In this document: piece after piece, positions 37,020 through 49,330 of the stretch | Position numbering within the stretch: position 1 is the stretch's first letter | How the letters are laid out: every line of letters begins with the position of its first letter | NCBI RefSeq assembly: GCF_036971445.1 | Contig: NC_091475.1 | Location: forward strand, 188,976,001 to 189,040,000 | Origin: Narcine bancroftii | Lineage: Eukaryota | DNA: 64,000 nt | Reading direction: 5' to 3' | Notes under the pieces: model-generated | Told to the model about the DNA's origin: nothing | Database searches by the model: none | The model's input: the letters and a program-made list of their open reading frames with translations, nothing else | Position numbers and translations under genes: made by a program

Positions 37020-39702
37020 AACCTTGTGTTTGCAGGGTCATGTCATCTGCTGTGTGTCTCTTTAACTTCTCCAAGTGAGAAGAGGTTATGTAGTTGACTG
37101 TCATCACATCAAAGTCATCTTCCTCATCATACTGCTGAACTGTGGAACTCTTAGGAGCTCGAAACAGAGTGTCAGCCAGGTACATTTGTTTTCTGCTTTT
37201 ATATACAAAGATGATGCTGTACTTTTGAAGTCGTAACATCATCCTTTGTAGTCTTGCTGGTACTGCATGCATAGATTTCTTCACTACAGTAACCATGAAC
37301 TGGTTGTCCATTTCTATGGTCACCGGCCTTCATGAATATAATCATGGAATTTTGAACATGCAAAAAGCACTGCCAAGAGCTCTTTTTCGATCTGAGCATA
37401 TCTGGTTTCTGTGTCAGTTAGTGTTTGTGAAGCATAGGCTACGGGTTTTCCTTCCTGCATATAGGCTGCACCTAGTTCATACTGTGAAGCATCACTGGTC
37501 ACTGGTTTACTGATGACATAATAAGACAGAATTGGTGGGCAGGACCTGTGCTTCTTTCGTGCTTCAAAAGCATTTTGCTGCTGCTCATGACAAGTCCATT
37601 CATTGTCCTTGTGCAGTAGTGGTCGCAGTGGAGCCATCCACTGGCTGGAATTTGGAATTTTCCAAAATAGTTGACCATCCTTAGAAATCTTTGCAGAGCT
37701 GGGACATCTCCTGGGGTACTGACATCTCACTGATTGCTTTTATTTTGGAGGGGTCGGATTTGAGGCCTTCACTTGTGAAAACGTGGGTGACTTTAGCCGA
37801 AACCTGCATTTGAGGGGATTAAGCTCAGAAACCCAATTCCTGCATCCTGTCTAGCTCAGTTTTGACTCTGGCCTTCATAACCACAGGAATTCGATGTGCA
37901 GGACAAACAACTGGTCTCATTTCTGGGTCAAATCTCATGGAATAGGTTACAGATAGCTTTCCAAGCTCACCAGAAAAAAGGTCGCTGAATTCAGCTTGAA
38001 TTTAATGTGACAAACTATCTTCAGTGGGGTTTAAATGGTGAATGTCTTTGCTGAATGAGACCAGCCCCATCTGAATGCATGCACGTAGCTCTAGCAGTGG
38101 CAGAATATCCTCAAGAACAACAAAAAATGTCAATGTCTATAGGCGTCCCTCTAGGTAGTACTGCAACCTAACCATACAAACTGTTTGGATTTTGCTACCC
38201 CCATAAGGCTTGTGGATTTAATGCATCCTCTTATTTGTTCTTCACTCTTTACTCGCTCAAAAGCCTTTTTTGACAAGACATTATACATGGCGCCTATGTC
38301 GATTTTAAATTTAACTGAAGTGCCATTAACTTGCACAGAGTAAAAAGCTCATCATTTTCTTTTATCTGTGCATCAGTTAAATCAACAGTCATTTGCAGAG
38401 TTATACCATCAACATAACATGCCTTTTCTGTATTGCTATCAGCTTGGTCTGGTTCTCTCTGGTGAACAGTTCTCCTAGGTCTCTGTCTATTGTAGGTCTG
38501 TTGTTTGGACTTGCAGCAATTTTTAAAAATGATTCCATTTGTAACAGGTATAGTACTACTGACCAAAAGCTGGACATTTTTAGCTTCATGATCATCTCAT
38601 ATTTTCATTATTTATACCACAGACTAGTCTATCTCTAATAAGCTTCTCACGGAGAACTCCAAAAACTGCAGCGTTTTGCTTTGATTCTTAAATCACTGAT
38701 ATACAAGTCAAACATCTCACCTGCTTTCTGATTTTGTGTGTTGAACTTGTGTCTTTCCATTGTAACATTGGTTTGAGGCTTGCAAATCTCTCTAAATTTC
38801 TCTTGAGGCATTCAGGATTCCGCGGGAACGAAGATTGGTCCTCTTTCGCAGAGATCTCTCACTTCACCTACGTACACAATGACCTTTCATGTTCAATAGC
38901 CACCTGTCCCGCTAGATTGAGGAGAATGTATGCTCGAGTACGGGCTGGCTTGTCAGAGTGTGTTGCCGCAATGAAATTATCATATTCTTGTTCAAAGATC
39001 TGCCAGTTTTCGGCAATGTTACCATCAAAGACAAGTGGGTCGGGGCTCTGGAATCCAATCACCATATTCACTGTTTAGCTGTGCTGTCATGGCTGGCTTA
39101 GTTGTCCTCACTCAAAAAAAACAAATCCTGAATGAAAAACATTAACCTTGAAAAGTCAGGGACATCCCACTTCTGACACCATGTTGTGAGTTGAAAGTAA
39201 GTGGATTAACTTCAAACCTAGTTTATTAACTATATCACTTGTTCTCTTTTTCTTTCCACTCACATACCACTTTAAGTAATCCCTATGCCTTCGGTGCTCT
39301 GTGATTAGTAAGGGATTGCTTAAGGTGGTGAATGGGAAGGGAAGGTTGAGAATCACTGCTCTAGACCCAATTATAACTGAAATATTTTGCTTGAGAAAAA
39401 TTGTCATTGGCCCATTTCCTTCAGAGTTATGAAACCATGCACATATCGAGTCAATTAATAAAACAGTGGTTTTCAAATTTTTTTCTTTCCAGCCACATAT
39501 CACCTTAAGCAATCCCTTACTAATTCACAGAGCACCTATGGCATAGGGAATACTTAAAGTTGTAAGTGAGTGGAAAGAAAAAGGTTGAGAACCAATGAAC
39601 TATATTCATTGAGAATGCAAAGTTACAGAACATGGCCACTGGAGTGCTCAGGCACAAAGAAGCCCTGGAATCCCAGTAACCCAGACATACAGGATACAAA
39701 CA
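37020..39702 (-). mobile_element. 3'-truncated Gypsy element (5' LTR, PBS-Leu, gag, PR, RT/RH remnants)
   Basis: Perfect 18-nt PBS TGGTGTCAGAAGTGGGAT (39164-39181, minus); gag PDPLVFDGNIAENWQIFEQEY; PR VKFKIDIGA; RH DASQYELGA..KPVAYASQTLTDTETRYAQIEKELLAV; LTR 39182-~39702 split by a hAT MITE. Confidence 0.9.
39236..39597. mobile_element. Composite hAT (Charlie-like) MITE, 362 bp
   Basis: 8-bp TSD AACTATAT (39228-35, 39598-605); CAGTGGTTCTCAA-like ends; two inverted ~125-bp sub-units around a ~105-bp spacer. Confidence 0.9.
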
Positions 39703-39917
39703 CAGTGAATGATCTACAGTGTGTGCACTGTGGTCAGAAGAAACACTGTAGATTTGTTTAACCTCATGCTGTATAAGAGGATGGACCCTAAAAATTAGCA
39801 CAAATCAAAAAAAAAATTACTAGGCCTTGACTGCCTGGCAATGCAGTGAACAAAGACCATGCACTCCCAAAGTTTCAATGTAAATGAAGAACTTGCATTC
39901 ATATATATTGTATGACT

Positions 39918-40278
39918 TGTAGTGGGCTGAACGGGTGCACAGCGCGGTATCACAAACCATTGCCAAAGCGGTTCTGTGGGCATGCAGAACCATAATACAG
40001 ACAGCTGAATACTCGCCTAATGAATTGCACGTGAGCAGTTCTGCGAGCTGTGCAATGGCACGTTGATCTGGTGAGTCTCCTGCCGGAAGGCACGCGGCAC
40101 TCACAAGGCTTAATTTTAACCTGCCGGTCCTGTGAAGCAGCAGCAAGCTCGTAGTGATGTCCCATCTTGTCCCGTGAAGCCTGGGACATGTGATATATAA
40201 AAGAAGCTTGTAATGTCTGAATAAATCAGTCTTGTGTTTGTGCATTGCTTTAGTAGCTCTACCAAAGTAGCTGCTGCA
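39918..40278 (+). mobile_element. Solo LTR, 361 bp
   Basis: TG..CA termini, 4-bp TSD GACT (39914-17, 40279-82), TATATAAAA followed by AATAAA. Confidence 0.9.
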
Positions 40279-40341
40279 GACTTACAATAACAAAGGACAG
40301 TTTACAGTTAATGAAGTACAGGTATTTATCAAAACCAGTAC

Positions 40342-41990
40342 TGTAGTGATAGAGTGCTACCACCAGGAGGAGACAGAGACGGAGTGTGTAGCATCTGGGG
40401 AATGCTGTGTCTTGCAAATGTTATTGCATCTTTAGTAGATTCAAGATGGATGCCTTCCCAAGAGGTCTGCATGTGTGTGTTGTGTTTTTAGAGCTGGATG
40501 CTTAGTTAATAAATCTAGTTGTTTTAAAAAGAACCAGTTTATTTATTGTAATAAAAGAAACATCACATGGTACCAGGAGTGGAAGAAACAGCCAACTTCT
40601 GCTGTGCACAGGAGTGAAAGAAAAAAAAGTGTGAGTAACAGTCGATATCAGCAGAGAAAATAAGGAGAGTTTAAAAGCCCATAAAAGCTGTAAATTGGCC
40701 AAGAGATATTGACCATGAGTGGAGGCTGTTAAACCAAGGGTTTATGCTTTTCCTGCAAGTGAATGGAATCAACAGCCAACCGGATACATGGAAAATTGTA
40801 ATGCTACTTACTGTGACAAGACCTCAAGCTCTAGAGGTTTTCAACATATTTGTTTTTGCCAAGGCAGAAGACCAGAGCAAATTCGACAAGGTTTTCGAGA
40901 TGTTTTATAAACATTGCTCACCAAAGAAAAATGAAGCCTTCACGAGGTATGTGTTTCGCTCACGCATGCAGCTGCAGGGAGAGAGCTTTGATACTTTTTT
41001 AACAGACTTAAAACTAAAAGCAAGAACATGCAAATTTGGATCGCTGCAAGATTCAATGATCCATAATCAAATTGTGTTCAGGATTATTGATAAGAAAGTG
41101 AGAGGGAGGTTGCTGCGAAAGACAGAGCTTACCTTGGTAGGAACTGTGAAGATATGCCACGCCAGTAAATTAGCTCTGCAGCATGTGGAAAAGTTCAATG
41201 ATTGTGTAAAAGCCAGTGAAAATGAAGGCATAGTCGTAGCCACAGTATCTGGACACACACACATTCAAAAAAATGAGATACAGGAACCAACAAAAAGATG
41301 GAGAGACATTCAATTGTAAACAATGTGGCATTAAGAATGTGCCAAAGCAATGCCCGTCTCATGGAAAAGTCTGTAACAAGTGCAAAAGGCAGAATCACTA
41401 TGCAAAGCAATGTTTTTCCAAAGGGAAACTAAACAGTAGTAAAAGTGTACATACTATAGAAGACACTGTACACACTGTGGAAGAAACTGCTCTCAGTGAT
41501 ATACTTTTCGTGGGCATAGTGGTGCAGAAAGTGAAGTGTCAAGAAGGATAAATGTCATTGCGTACAAATGGAACAAATATTCCTTCCAGTTAGACACAGG
41601 GGAAAAGGTCAATTTGATCTGAGAGCACAACATCAGGGCAAAAAAGATAAAGTCATACATCCATACAAATCCTGTACTGCTTAAAGCATAATAGATGAAG
41701 GATACATGTAAACTCAAGGTGAAAGTTAAAAGATAAAGAGCACCACCTCATGTTCACAGTAGACCCAGATGGGCATCATTCACTGCTTGGTGACAAACCA
41801 TGTGAAAACCATGTGAAAACTCGAACCTAGAGAAGTGTGTGTATCACATTAACAGTGACCATGTACAGAACAGCATAGAGGAAATACTGCATCAATTTCC
41901 TGACAACTTCAAGGGGTTTGGAGTTCTACCAATCACCTATAAGATACAGTTAAAAGAGGACGCACAACCAATAGTTTATGTCCCAAGGCA
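40342..41990 (+). mobile_element. 3'-truncated Gypsy element (5' LTR, PBS-Leu(TAA), gag, PR, RT start)
   Basis: LTR 40342-40567; PBS TGGTACCAGGAGTGG at 40568-82; gag ORF 40744-41319; knuckles CKQCG..C and CNKCKRQNHYAKQC; FQLDTG; YKIQLKEDAQP. Confidence 0.9.
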
Positions 41991-41994
41991 GGAT

Positions 41995-42280
41995 TCCCTT
42001 TTCCCACCCCCATCTTCATTGCCTTGTCTCCTTTCCTCATTTTACCTGTGTCCCTTCACAGAGCCAAAATCATATCCAATTAACATGTTTTGTTTGTTAA
42101 TCTGAACTCCTCTCCCTCCTTTCTTCCCCGTTTCCCTCTCAGTCTTTATTCAGATGCCTTCCTGTTTTTTGCTTATACCATGAAGAAGGGTTCAGGCCTG
42201 AAACATCAATAATATATCTCCTAAGGATGCTGCATGACCGGCTGAGTTCCTCCAGTGTTCACTGCGTGTGTTTTACTATT
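41995..42280 (+). mobile_element. Penelope-like pLTR fragment
   Basis: Pyrimidine tract followed by ccaTGAAGAagggttcaggcctGAAACatc...gctgagttcctccag. Confidence 0.7.
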
Positions 42281-42620
42281 GTGTGCGATTCAGACAAGTC
42301 CATAGGCAAACATCGCACTGGTGGTGAGAGCAAAGCTGAAACTAATTTTTGTGGATGACTCTCATTCTCAATTAAAGTATTAAAAAACTGAGTTATAAAA
42401 AGATGGGCATAAAGCTCAATATGGTTTAAACTCTTTTACAGCTAATGAAACTCATTTGAAATCAGATCCTGATGTACTAAATAGATAGGTGACAAAATAG
42501 GAAAATGCAGTGGCAATTTACTGCACAGCAAAGCACACAGCAGTTGTAAATAAGTGAACCACGATAAGCTGCAGACGCTGTGATTGTATTAAAAAACACT
42601 GAAATGTTGGAGGAGCTCAG

Positions 42621-43284
42621 TGCGGTGAAGGGCATTAGCATAGATGTATGGACTGGCCAGTCCGCACCTCCCTGACTTTCCCTCCTTCTTTGGCTTGGCT
42701 TCGCGGACGAAGATTTATGGAGGGGGTAAAAGTCCACGTCAGCTGCAGGCTCGTTTGTGGCTGACAAGTCCGATGCGGGACAGGCAGACACGGTTGCAGC
42801 GGTTGCAGGGGAAAATTGGTTGGTTGGGGTTGGGTGTTGGGTTTTTTCTCCTTTGCCTTTTGTCAGTGAGGTGGGCTCTGCGGTCTTCTTCAAAGGAGGT
42901 TGCTGCCCGCCAAACTGTGAAGCGCCAAGATGCACGGTTTGAGGCGATATCAGCCCACTGGCGGTGGTCAATGTGGCAGGCACCAAGAGATTTCTTTAGG
43001 CAGTCCTTGTACCTTTTCTTTGGTGCATCTCTGTCACGGTGGCCAGTGGAGAGCTCGCCATATAACACGATCTTGGGAAGGCGATGGTCCTCCATTCTGG
43101 AGTCCTGTAGTCTGGAGACTCCTCCTTTGACTCCTCCCCAGATTTCCCAATAAAGCCTGGCGGGCCCGGACTTGCTCCTGTAGCTGGAACCTGGCCAAGT
43201 AGTGCATCAGTAATGCTCTGGTTTTTGGTAATTAAAGCCATTTAATCACTCCATCACGTCGATGTGATTATTGTGTCCTCCACA
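42621..43284 (+). mobile_element. Solo LTR containing an RTE insertion
   Basis: TGCGG...CCACA termini, 5-bp TSD CTCAG (42616-20, 43285-89), attaaa near the 3' end. Confidence 0.85.
42685..43102 (-). mobile_element. RTE-clade LINE 3' fragment, copy 1
   Basis: MEDHRLPKIVLYGELSTGHR...FPCNRCNRVCLSRIGLVSHKRAC; short 3' UTR ending gaagccaagccaaagaag. Confidence 0.95.
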
Positions 43285-43519
43285 CTCAGATAGCTTTTTC
43301 AGCATCTAAAGGAGACAATGGTAATATTACTGATAATTCAGGCCTGAGCCCTTCATCAAGGAAAGGGACTTTTTTCCATGAAGAAGGGCTCAGGCCCAAA
43401 ATATTAGCAATATATCTTTGTCTCCTTAAGTTGTAAATAAGTAACCACATTGTTTAATTTTGGTTGAAATCCAAGGGAATTAATGCTACAATGATATGCA
43501 TTACATCCATTTTAGAGAG

Positions 43520-44160
43520 CTAAGAAGGAGATGATCGTGCACTTCAGGAGGTTGAGGATCGTCGACTCCTCCACTACACATTAATAACTAGTAGTGAAGT
43601 GCAGAGAGCACCGTGTTCCTCACAGTCCACTTAACAATTGGCCTATCCTGGATAGACATCATCTCCTCACTTGTTAGGAAGGTGCAACAGCGATTGTACT
43701 TCCTGAGAAGATTGAAGCCAGCCACCATTATGTCAACCTTCTTTCTATAGGAGCTCTGATGAGAGCATCCTGGCTGGCGGCATCGCAGGACTCTAAGAGT
43801 GGCAAAGAGGCTCACTGCCATCACCCTTTCCCCCACCCACTGACATGATCTACTGGGATTTTTGTCTGAAAAGGGCATGCAAGATTGTTGAGGACCCCTC
43901 CTACCCTGCACGCAGCCACTCCCACCAGAGGCAGTAAGACTGCTGAACGATTGAATGAACTGCTCATACAAACCCTCCAAGGCTACTATTTATAAAACGA
44001 TATTTATTTTTTTTATATGTGTATTTTTGCCCTACATATGTATTACTTATCTGTATGTGTGTTATGTCTAGTTGCGTGTTTGCATGCTTTACATCAAGAA
44101 CCAGATCACTGTTTCGTCCGTTTGTACTTGTGCAATTGGATGATAAATAAATTTGAACTT
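43520..44160 (+). mobile_element. Rex1/Babar LINE 3' fragment
   Basis: KEMIVHFRR, RKVQQRLYFLRRLK; homologous to 3120-3550; tail aataaatttgaactt. Confidence 0.8.
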
Positions 44161-44614
44161 CAGAACTAGGCTTGCTGTTTAATTTCTTATTGAACTAACT
44201 TGCACCAATCTACTTTATGCACTCAAGAGTTTAATGCAAGACTGGATGCCACAATATTTTGAATTGAGATTGTTAATGCTAGAAAAAGTGACAGGTTTAA
44301 TTTAATTGTATGTATATATTTCCCTCTCCTGTTTTTTCTACATTTGCTTTACATCAGGAGTATTATATGCAAATATATACAGTCTGAAATATATGCTTGT
44401 GGAAAGAAAAATTTGTGCCAATTGAATCAAACAACCTATGTTCAGAACGGGGAGTAAATAGGTAATTTCTTCAGTGAATATTTTTGTGTTGTACTATTTA
44501 TAAAGTACCATGTAGGGAAAAAGTGCCAGCTTTCCTCTGCTTGCACTCCTATTTGGTTTCAATAATAAACTCAGTGGATTAGTGTGAGTAAATATGGCTG
44601 ATTACTTATTTGTT

Positions 44615-45162
44615 ATTTCTGCTTTTCTCACAAGACGTGAATGTCACTGGAAAGCCCACAGTTTGTTATATCTTTAATTGCCTCTTAAATTGAGTGGTTT
44701 GCTGGCCTATTTCAGAATCACACCCAGTTTTTGTATCAGCATTTTCATATAGCTCAGACTGGGGAAGGTTTGCAAAGTTCTTTTCCCACAGAAACAGGTA
44801 TACGATCCTTTATCTGGACATCCAAAATCCAGAAAGCTCCAAAATCTGACAAGTGGGGAGAGAGGCGGCAGTGCAAGTCGGGCGGGCAAGAGACTGCAGC
44901 GCGAGTCGGGCGGGCGAGGGGAAGACCGGCAGCGTGAGTTAGGCAGCTGAGAGACCGGCAGCGCGAGTCGGGTGGGTGAAGGGGGGTGGGGGGAGTTGGC
45001 AGGGCGACTGGTAGGGGGTGGAGGTGGATATGGCAGCACAATTTGGGTGGACTTAAATCTGGCTTTTCGAAATCTGGAAAAATCCAAAATTCAGAACACA
45101 CTGTCCCCCAAGGGTTCCAGATAAAGGATCGTGTACCTGTATTGGTGAATTAAATGGAGTTA
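44615..45162 (-). mobile_element. Old SINE (resembles shark SacSINE/Deu-type), split by a Tigger-like MITE
   Basis: gtgaatgtcactggaaagccc..taattgcctcttaaattgagtggtttgctggcctatttcaga resembles the reverse strand of an elasmobranch SINE from memory; continues attggtgaa after 45141. Confidence 0.45.
44795..45139. mobile_element. Tigger-like MITE
   Basis: 24-bp TIR caggta(t/c)acgatcctttatctgga (23/24); TA on the right; GC-rich core of ggcagcgcgagtcggg repeats. Confidence 0.9.
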
Positions 45163-45732
45163 ACCATGAAAGTCTGCAGATCCTGTGATTGCAGTAAAAA
45201 TACAAAAATGCTGAAGGAATTCACAATGGCCATAGCAGGTAAAGAAATATAACCAACATTTCGGGCCTGAGCCCTTCTTGAAGGAATGAACAAAAAGCAG
45301 GCCGTGAATATAAAGGCTAGGGAGAAGTGAAGAAAGGGCGGGGGGGGGGGGGGGGAGGAGGAGCACAGACCTACAGACAAAAGGTGATAACTGGCCATGG
45401 ATAGGAAAGGTGCGATTTGATCAAGAGGGGATGCCCCTGTGAATGCAAAGCTGGAGGAAAGGAGACAGATGGAAGGGGAAAGCGAGGGAGAGACAAGGCT
45501 AGCAGGAAGAAATAGGGAAAAGGGAAGGGGAGAGAAGAGGACGAGGCTCATGGAAACCAGAGGTTGATGTTAATGCCATCTGGTTGGAAGGTGCCCAGAG
45601 AGAATACATTGGGGATCTTCCAGTGGCAAACTGTTTCAATTCCCCGCCCCATTCTCATGCCAACCTGTATCTGCCAGACTAAGTCTCCCCACAAATTGGA
45701 GGACCAGCACCTCATATATGCCCTCCAACATG
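45163..45732. mobile_element. Penelope-like element with inverted arms and GIY-YIG C-terminus
   Basis: Minus arm (pLTR plus LGTFQPDGINI) 45163-~45615; plus arm PVANCFNS...HKLEDQHLIY ~45620-45730. Confidence 0.8.
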
Positions 45733-46299
45733 AGGAATCTGCAGCACTTCTTTTGGGTGTCATTGTCAAATGCATTAATACTCTCAGACATTTGAGAGTT
45801 TGGACAAATATTTTAAAGCAGCACTTTAAAAAAGGTCCAACAGACAACTGCTCCTGTGTATTGCCACCATTCAATATTTGTTCAATTTCATAATTGAATT
45901 ATATGATCTATGCAAACAGCATACAAGTGCAAGGTTTCCAGTACACACTGCTGTACCTAATTGCTACCATTACACCTCACAGGTCCTTATGGATTCATAC
46001 ATATATTCAGATGTCAAATATGCATATTTGCTGGTTGAATGAGAATCACTCTTCCAATGCCTAATATGCCTGAATTGAATCACTGTTTAAAAAAAAAAGT
46101 GCAAAATCTAATTTGAAGAAAAAGTGTAGTAGTCTTTAATTATGTAAAGTTCACTGTAATCAGGTAATTTCCGTAACTTACAAAATTTAAATTCAAGCCC
46201 GTCACTAGCGTTGTAACAGCGTTGAGCTAACCTCTACGCTAATCGCTCCACCGTCATAATTGACTCCTGCTCATTTTAAACTTGATTATTTTTTATCTA

Positions 46300-46660
46300 C
46301 TGTATATGCTGGCATATGGACATTCTGAAACTTAAAAATGTCACCTCAAAATCAGGGGGCCATCTTCTACACCGGATCTAAAATATGACCTAAACAGCAA
46401 AGTCTCAACACTGCTGCCATCTTCCCCCTCCCCCTCCATATCCTATCTCCATCCCACCAGCTCCGACTCAAGTGTCCCGGTCAGACCCTAGGTGCACTTT
46501 ACCCCCTTATTCGAGCTGACAACCTAACTCACCTCCACATAAGTGTCCAGGTCAGGCCCTTGGCACACCTTCCTCACATTGATAACCTAATTCACCTCCA
46601 TGCAAGTGTCCTGATCAGGCCCTTGGCGCACCTTCCTCGCGCTGACAACCTGACTCATTT
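46300..46660 (+). repeat. pogo/Tc2-like MITE left end followed by a ~62-bp minisatellite (3 units)
   Basis: ta|ctgtatatgctggcatat resembles the TIR at 9888; units aagtgtcc..gtcaggcccttggc.caccttcctc..tgac/taacctaa at ~46470-46657. Confidence 0.65.
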
Positions 46661-47157
46661 TCACTCAACTGGCAAAAAGCAAAAAGAATGCAAGCACATT
46701 GAGGGGCATTGTTAGTTCAGCGGGACAAACCTGCAGATGTCCTATGAGGTCTCAGTGCTCCAGCATCCATCTGCCCAGTCTCATTTACTTGAAATCTATA
46801 TTTATGTTCTCGATTTTTTTTTTTTTGCCAATTGTTTAAGTTTCCGGTGGATTTAATTCCAGAAATTGGGGATTCTACTGTAATTAGAAACAGAACCCAA
46901 TGCAATAAAGGCAGAGGTGAGAGGTAGATTTCTGAGAACAAGGCATGGCTCAATTAAATACAAATATTTAATAGTCTTTCTAACTATGGAAAGACTGCTG
47001 CTCTGCTGCCAATCAGAACAAAATTGATATTGAATTTAATATCTTGGTGTTAATCTTGTATACCGTTATGTTTTTATAGCATATGTTAAATTATCTACCA
47101 TGATTAAGTTCTTGAAGAAATGAAATGAAACAACAATAATTTAATGCTACCTTAGAT

Positions 47158-47909
47158 CTTTGGCATGGCTTCGCGGACGAAGATTTATGGAGGGGGTAAA
47201 AAGTCCACGTCAGCTGCAGGCTCGTTTGTGGCTGACAAGTCCGATGCGGGACAGGCAGACACGATTGCAGCGGTTGCAGGGGAAAATTGGTTGGTTGGGG
47301 TTGGGTGTTGGGTTTTTCCACCTTTGCCTTTTGTCAGTGAGGTGGGCTCTGCGGTCTTCTTCAAAGGAGGTTGCTGCCCGCCAAACTGTGAAGCGCCAAG
47401 ATGCACGGTTTGAGGCGTTATCAGCCCACTGGCGGTGGTCAATGTGGCAGGCACCAAGAGATTTCTTTAGGCAGTCCTTGTACCTTTTCTTTGGTGCACC
47501 TCTGTCACGGTGGCCAGTGGAGAGCTTGCCATATAACACGATCTTGGGAAGGCGATGGTCCTCCATTCTGGAGACGTGACCCATCCAGCGCAGCTGGATC
47601 TTCAGCAGCGTGGACTCGATGCTGTCGACCTCTGCCATCTCGAGTACTTCGACGTTAGGGATGTAAGCGCTCCAATGGATGTTGAGGATGGAGCGGAGAC
47701 AACGCTGGTGGAAGCGTTCTAGGAGCCGTAGGTGGTGCCGGTAGAGGACCCATGATTCGGAGCCGAACAGGAGTGTGGGTATGACAACGGCTCTGTATAC
47801 GCTTATCTTTGTGAGGTTTTTCAGTTGGTTGTTTTTCCAGACTCTTTTGTGTAGTCTTCCAAAGGCGCTATTTGCCTTGGCGAGTCTGTTGTCTATCTCA
47901 TTGTCGATC
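47158..47909 (-). mobile_element. RTE-clade LINE 3' fragment, copy 2, open reading frame throughout
   Basis: IDNEIDNRLAKANSAFGRL...LLFGSESW...LERFHQRCLRSIL...QLRWMGHVSRM...SHKRACS*; TSD CCTTAGAT (47150-57, 47909-16, overlapping the 5' junction). Confidence 0.95.
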
Positions 47910-48799
47910 CTTAGATAAATCTATGATATAGTGCCTTTAGAAGGTACAGAACTGATTTGGCCCCTATTAAGGGGGAAAATAATTTTAAAAATTATGAATA
48001 AGAACAGTTGAAATCCAAAAAAAATGCGAGCTTGTTGAGGCTTTAAGGTTGGGAGAAGAAATAACAAGGGAAGGTTGGTTCGAGAGAGTCTACCTTAATA
48101 GTACAGGCAAAACCCGAGATAAAGACGTGTTCCGTTACCTAGGTCTGTCTTTAACCCAAATTTGTATTTAAGTCGGAACCAGTACATACAGTCCTTATTT
48201 AGCGACAGTCAAATGGTGTTATTATTTTTGCCTGAACTGTTTAACGGACCCTCGGCCAGACGGAGACTGCGATTCCACCAATTCTTCCGATTCCAAGCAA
48301 TCTTATTATCTCCATACTATCGGATGTTTGATTGTATGTTTCTCATTTATTTGTTTAATTTTTTAGGAATTCTCAACAGGAATATTTGATTATTCCCGTC
48401 AGAGTTGTTCACAAAGGCTCGCCGCTGTAAGGTGCTATTCATTCATTACTTAAAATTTATCAATCCCTGGCTTGGGTACAGGATTTCAAATATTCACCTT
48501 TAAGGTGAAGAGACTTCTCTTTATTTGTTTTAAACGCTAATTCTGTTCAGATTACTCTCGCTTTACAAATAGAGGGGAACTGTGTTTCAAGAAAACAATA
48601 TGCATGGTGGTTTTCGATAATTCAAATATACATAATCGTAATGAGGATTAAACAAGAAAATTTGCAAACAATGGAATTGTATTTGACACAAAAATGATGG
48701 AAAAACTTAGCAATTCATGTAGCATTCTTTATATAGCAAAGATAAAGATACTTAACCAATGTTTTGGACCTGAGACCTTCATCAAGGAAGTTAATAATG

Positions 48800-49330
48800 G
48801 TAATGAGGTAATGTTGTAGCTCTATAAAACTCTGGTTAGACCACACTTGGAGTACTGCATTTACTTTTGGTCACCTTATTACAGAAAGGATGTAGATGCT
48901 TTAGAAGGGTGCAGAGAAGATCTACCAGGATATTGCTCGGATTAGAGAACATGTCTTATGAAGCAAGAGCTAAGGCTGTTCTCTTTTGGAGCAATGAAGG
49001 ATGAAAGGCAACTTAATAGATGTGTATAAGATTATGAGGGGTTAAGATAGGGTGAACAGCCAGCATCTTTTGCTCAGGATGACAATAGCAAATATCAGAC
49101 AACATGTGTTTAAGGCAAGTGGAGGAAAGTTTTTTTTACACAGAATTGCTGGGGGCAGTGGTGGAGGCTGGTTCAATAGGGGCATTCAAAAGACTCTTGG
49201 TCGCAAGGACGTAACAAAAATAAAAGGTGAGAGATATGGGAAAAAAATTAGATTGTTGCGGAATAGGTTAACATAGTTGGCAAGCTATCAAAGGCTGAAG
49301 GACCTGCAATCTGTTGTAATATTCTATTTT
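48800..49330 (+). mobile_element. CR1 LINE 3' fragment
   Basis: [29 protein letters not shown], a hallmark CR1 ORF2 motif. Confidence 0.9.

Larger units (their letters stand above)
42560..43427. mobile_element. Penelope-derived palindromic element hosting nested insertions
   Basis: Starts gctgcagacgctgtgattgta..ggaggagctcag, resumes after 43289; inverted arms at 43309-43427. Confidence 0.75.

Noticed and set aside
36738-37020. Possible LTR at the 3' side of the minus-strand Gypsy
   Set aside because: No similarity to the 5' LTR at 39182-39702, and no clear TG start or TSD.
10994-40582. tRNA-complementary sequences as tRNA genes
   Set aside because: Only 14-18 nt and adjacent to LTR ends, so they are primer-binding sites; the SINE heads at 6140 and 46190 do not form full cloverleafs.
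40744-41319. 191-aa gag ORF as a domesticated gene
   Set aside because: Frameshift before the zinc knuckles, stops in the protease, and LTR/PBS still attached; consistent with neutral decay.
42477-43241. Multiple overlapping ORFs on both strands
   Set aside because: Shadow frames of the GC-rich RTE copy, repeated at 47160-47658 and 56159-56714.
46470-46657. Regularly spaced repeats resembling a CRISPR array
   Set aside because: Whole ~62-bp units repeat with no unique spacers, there are no cas genes, and the context is eukaryotic; it is a minisatellite.
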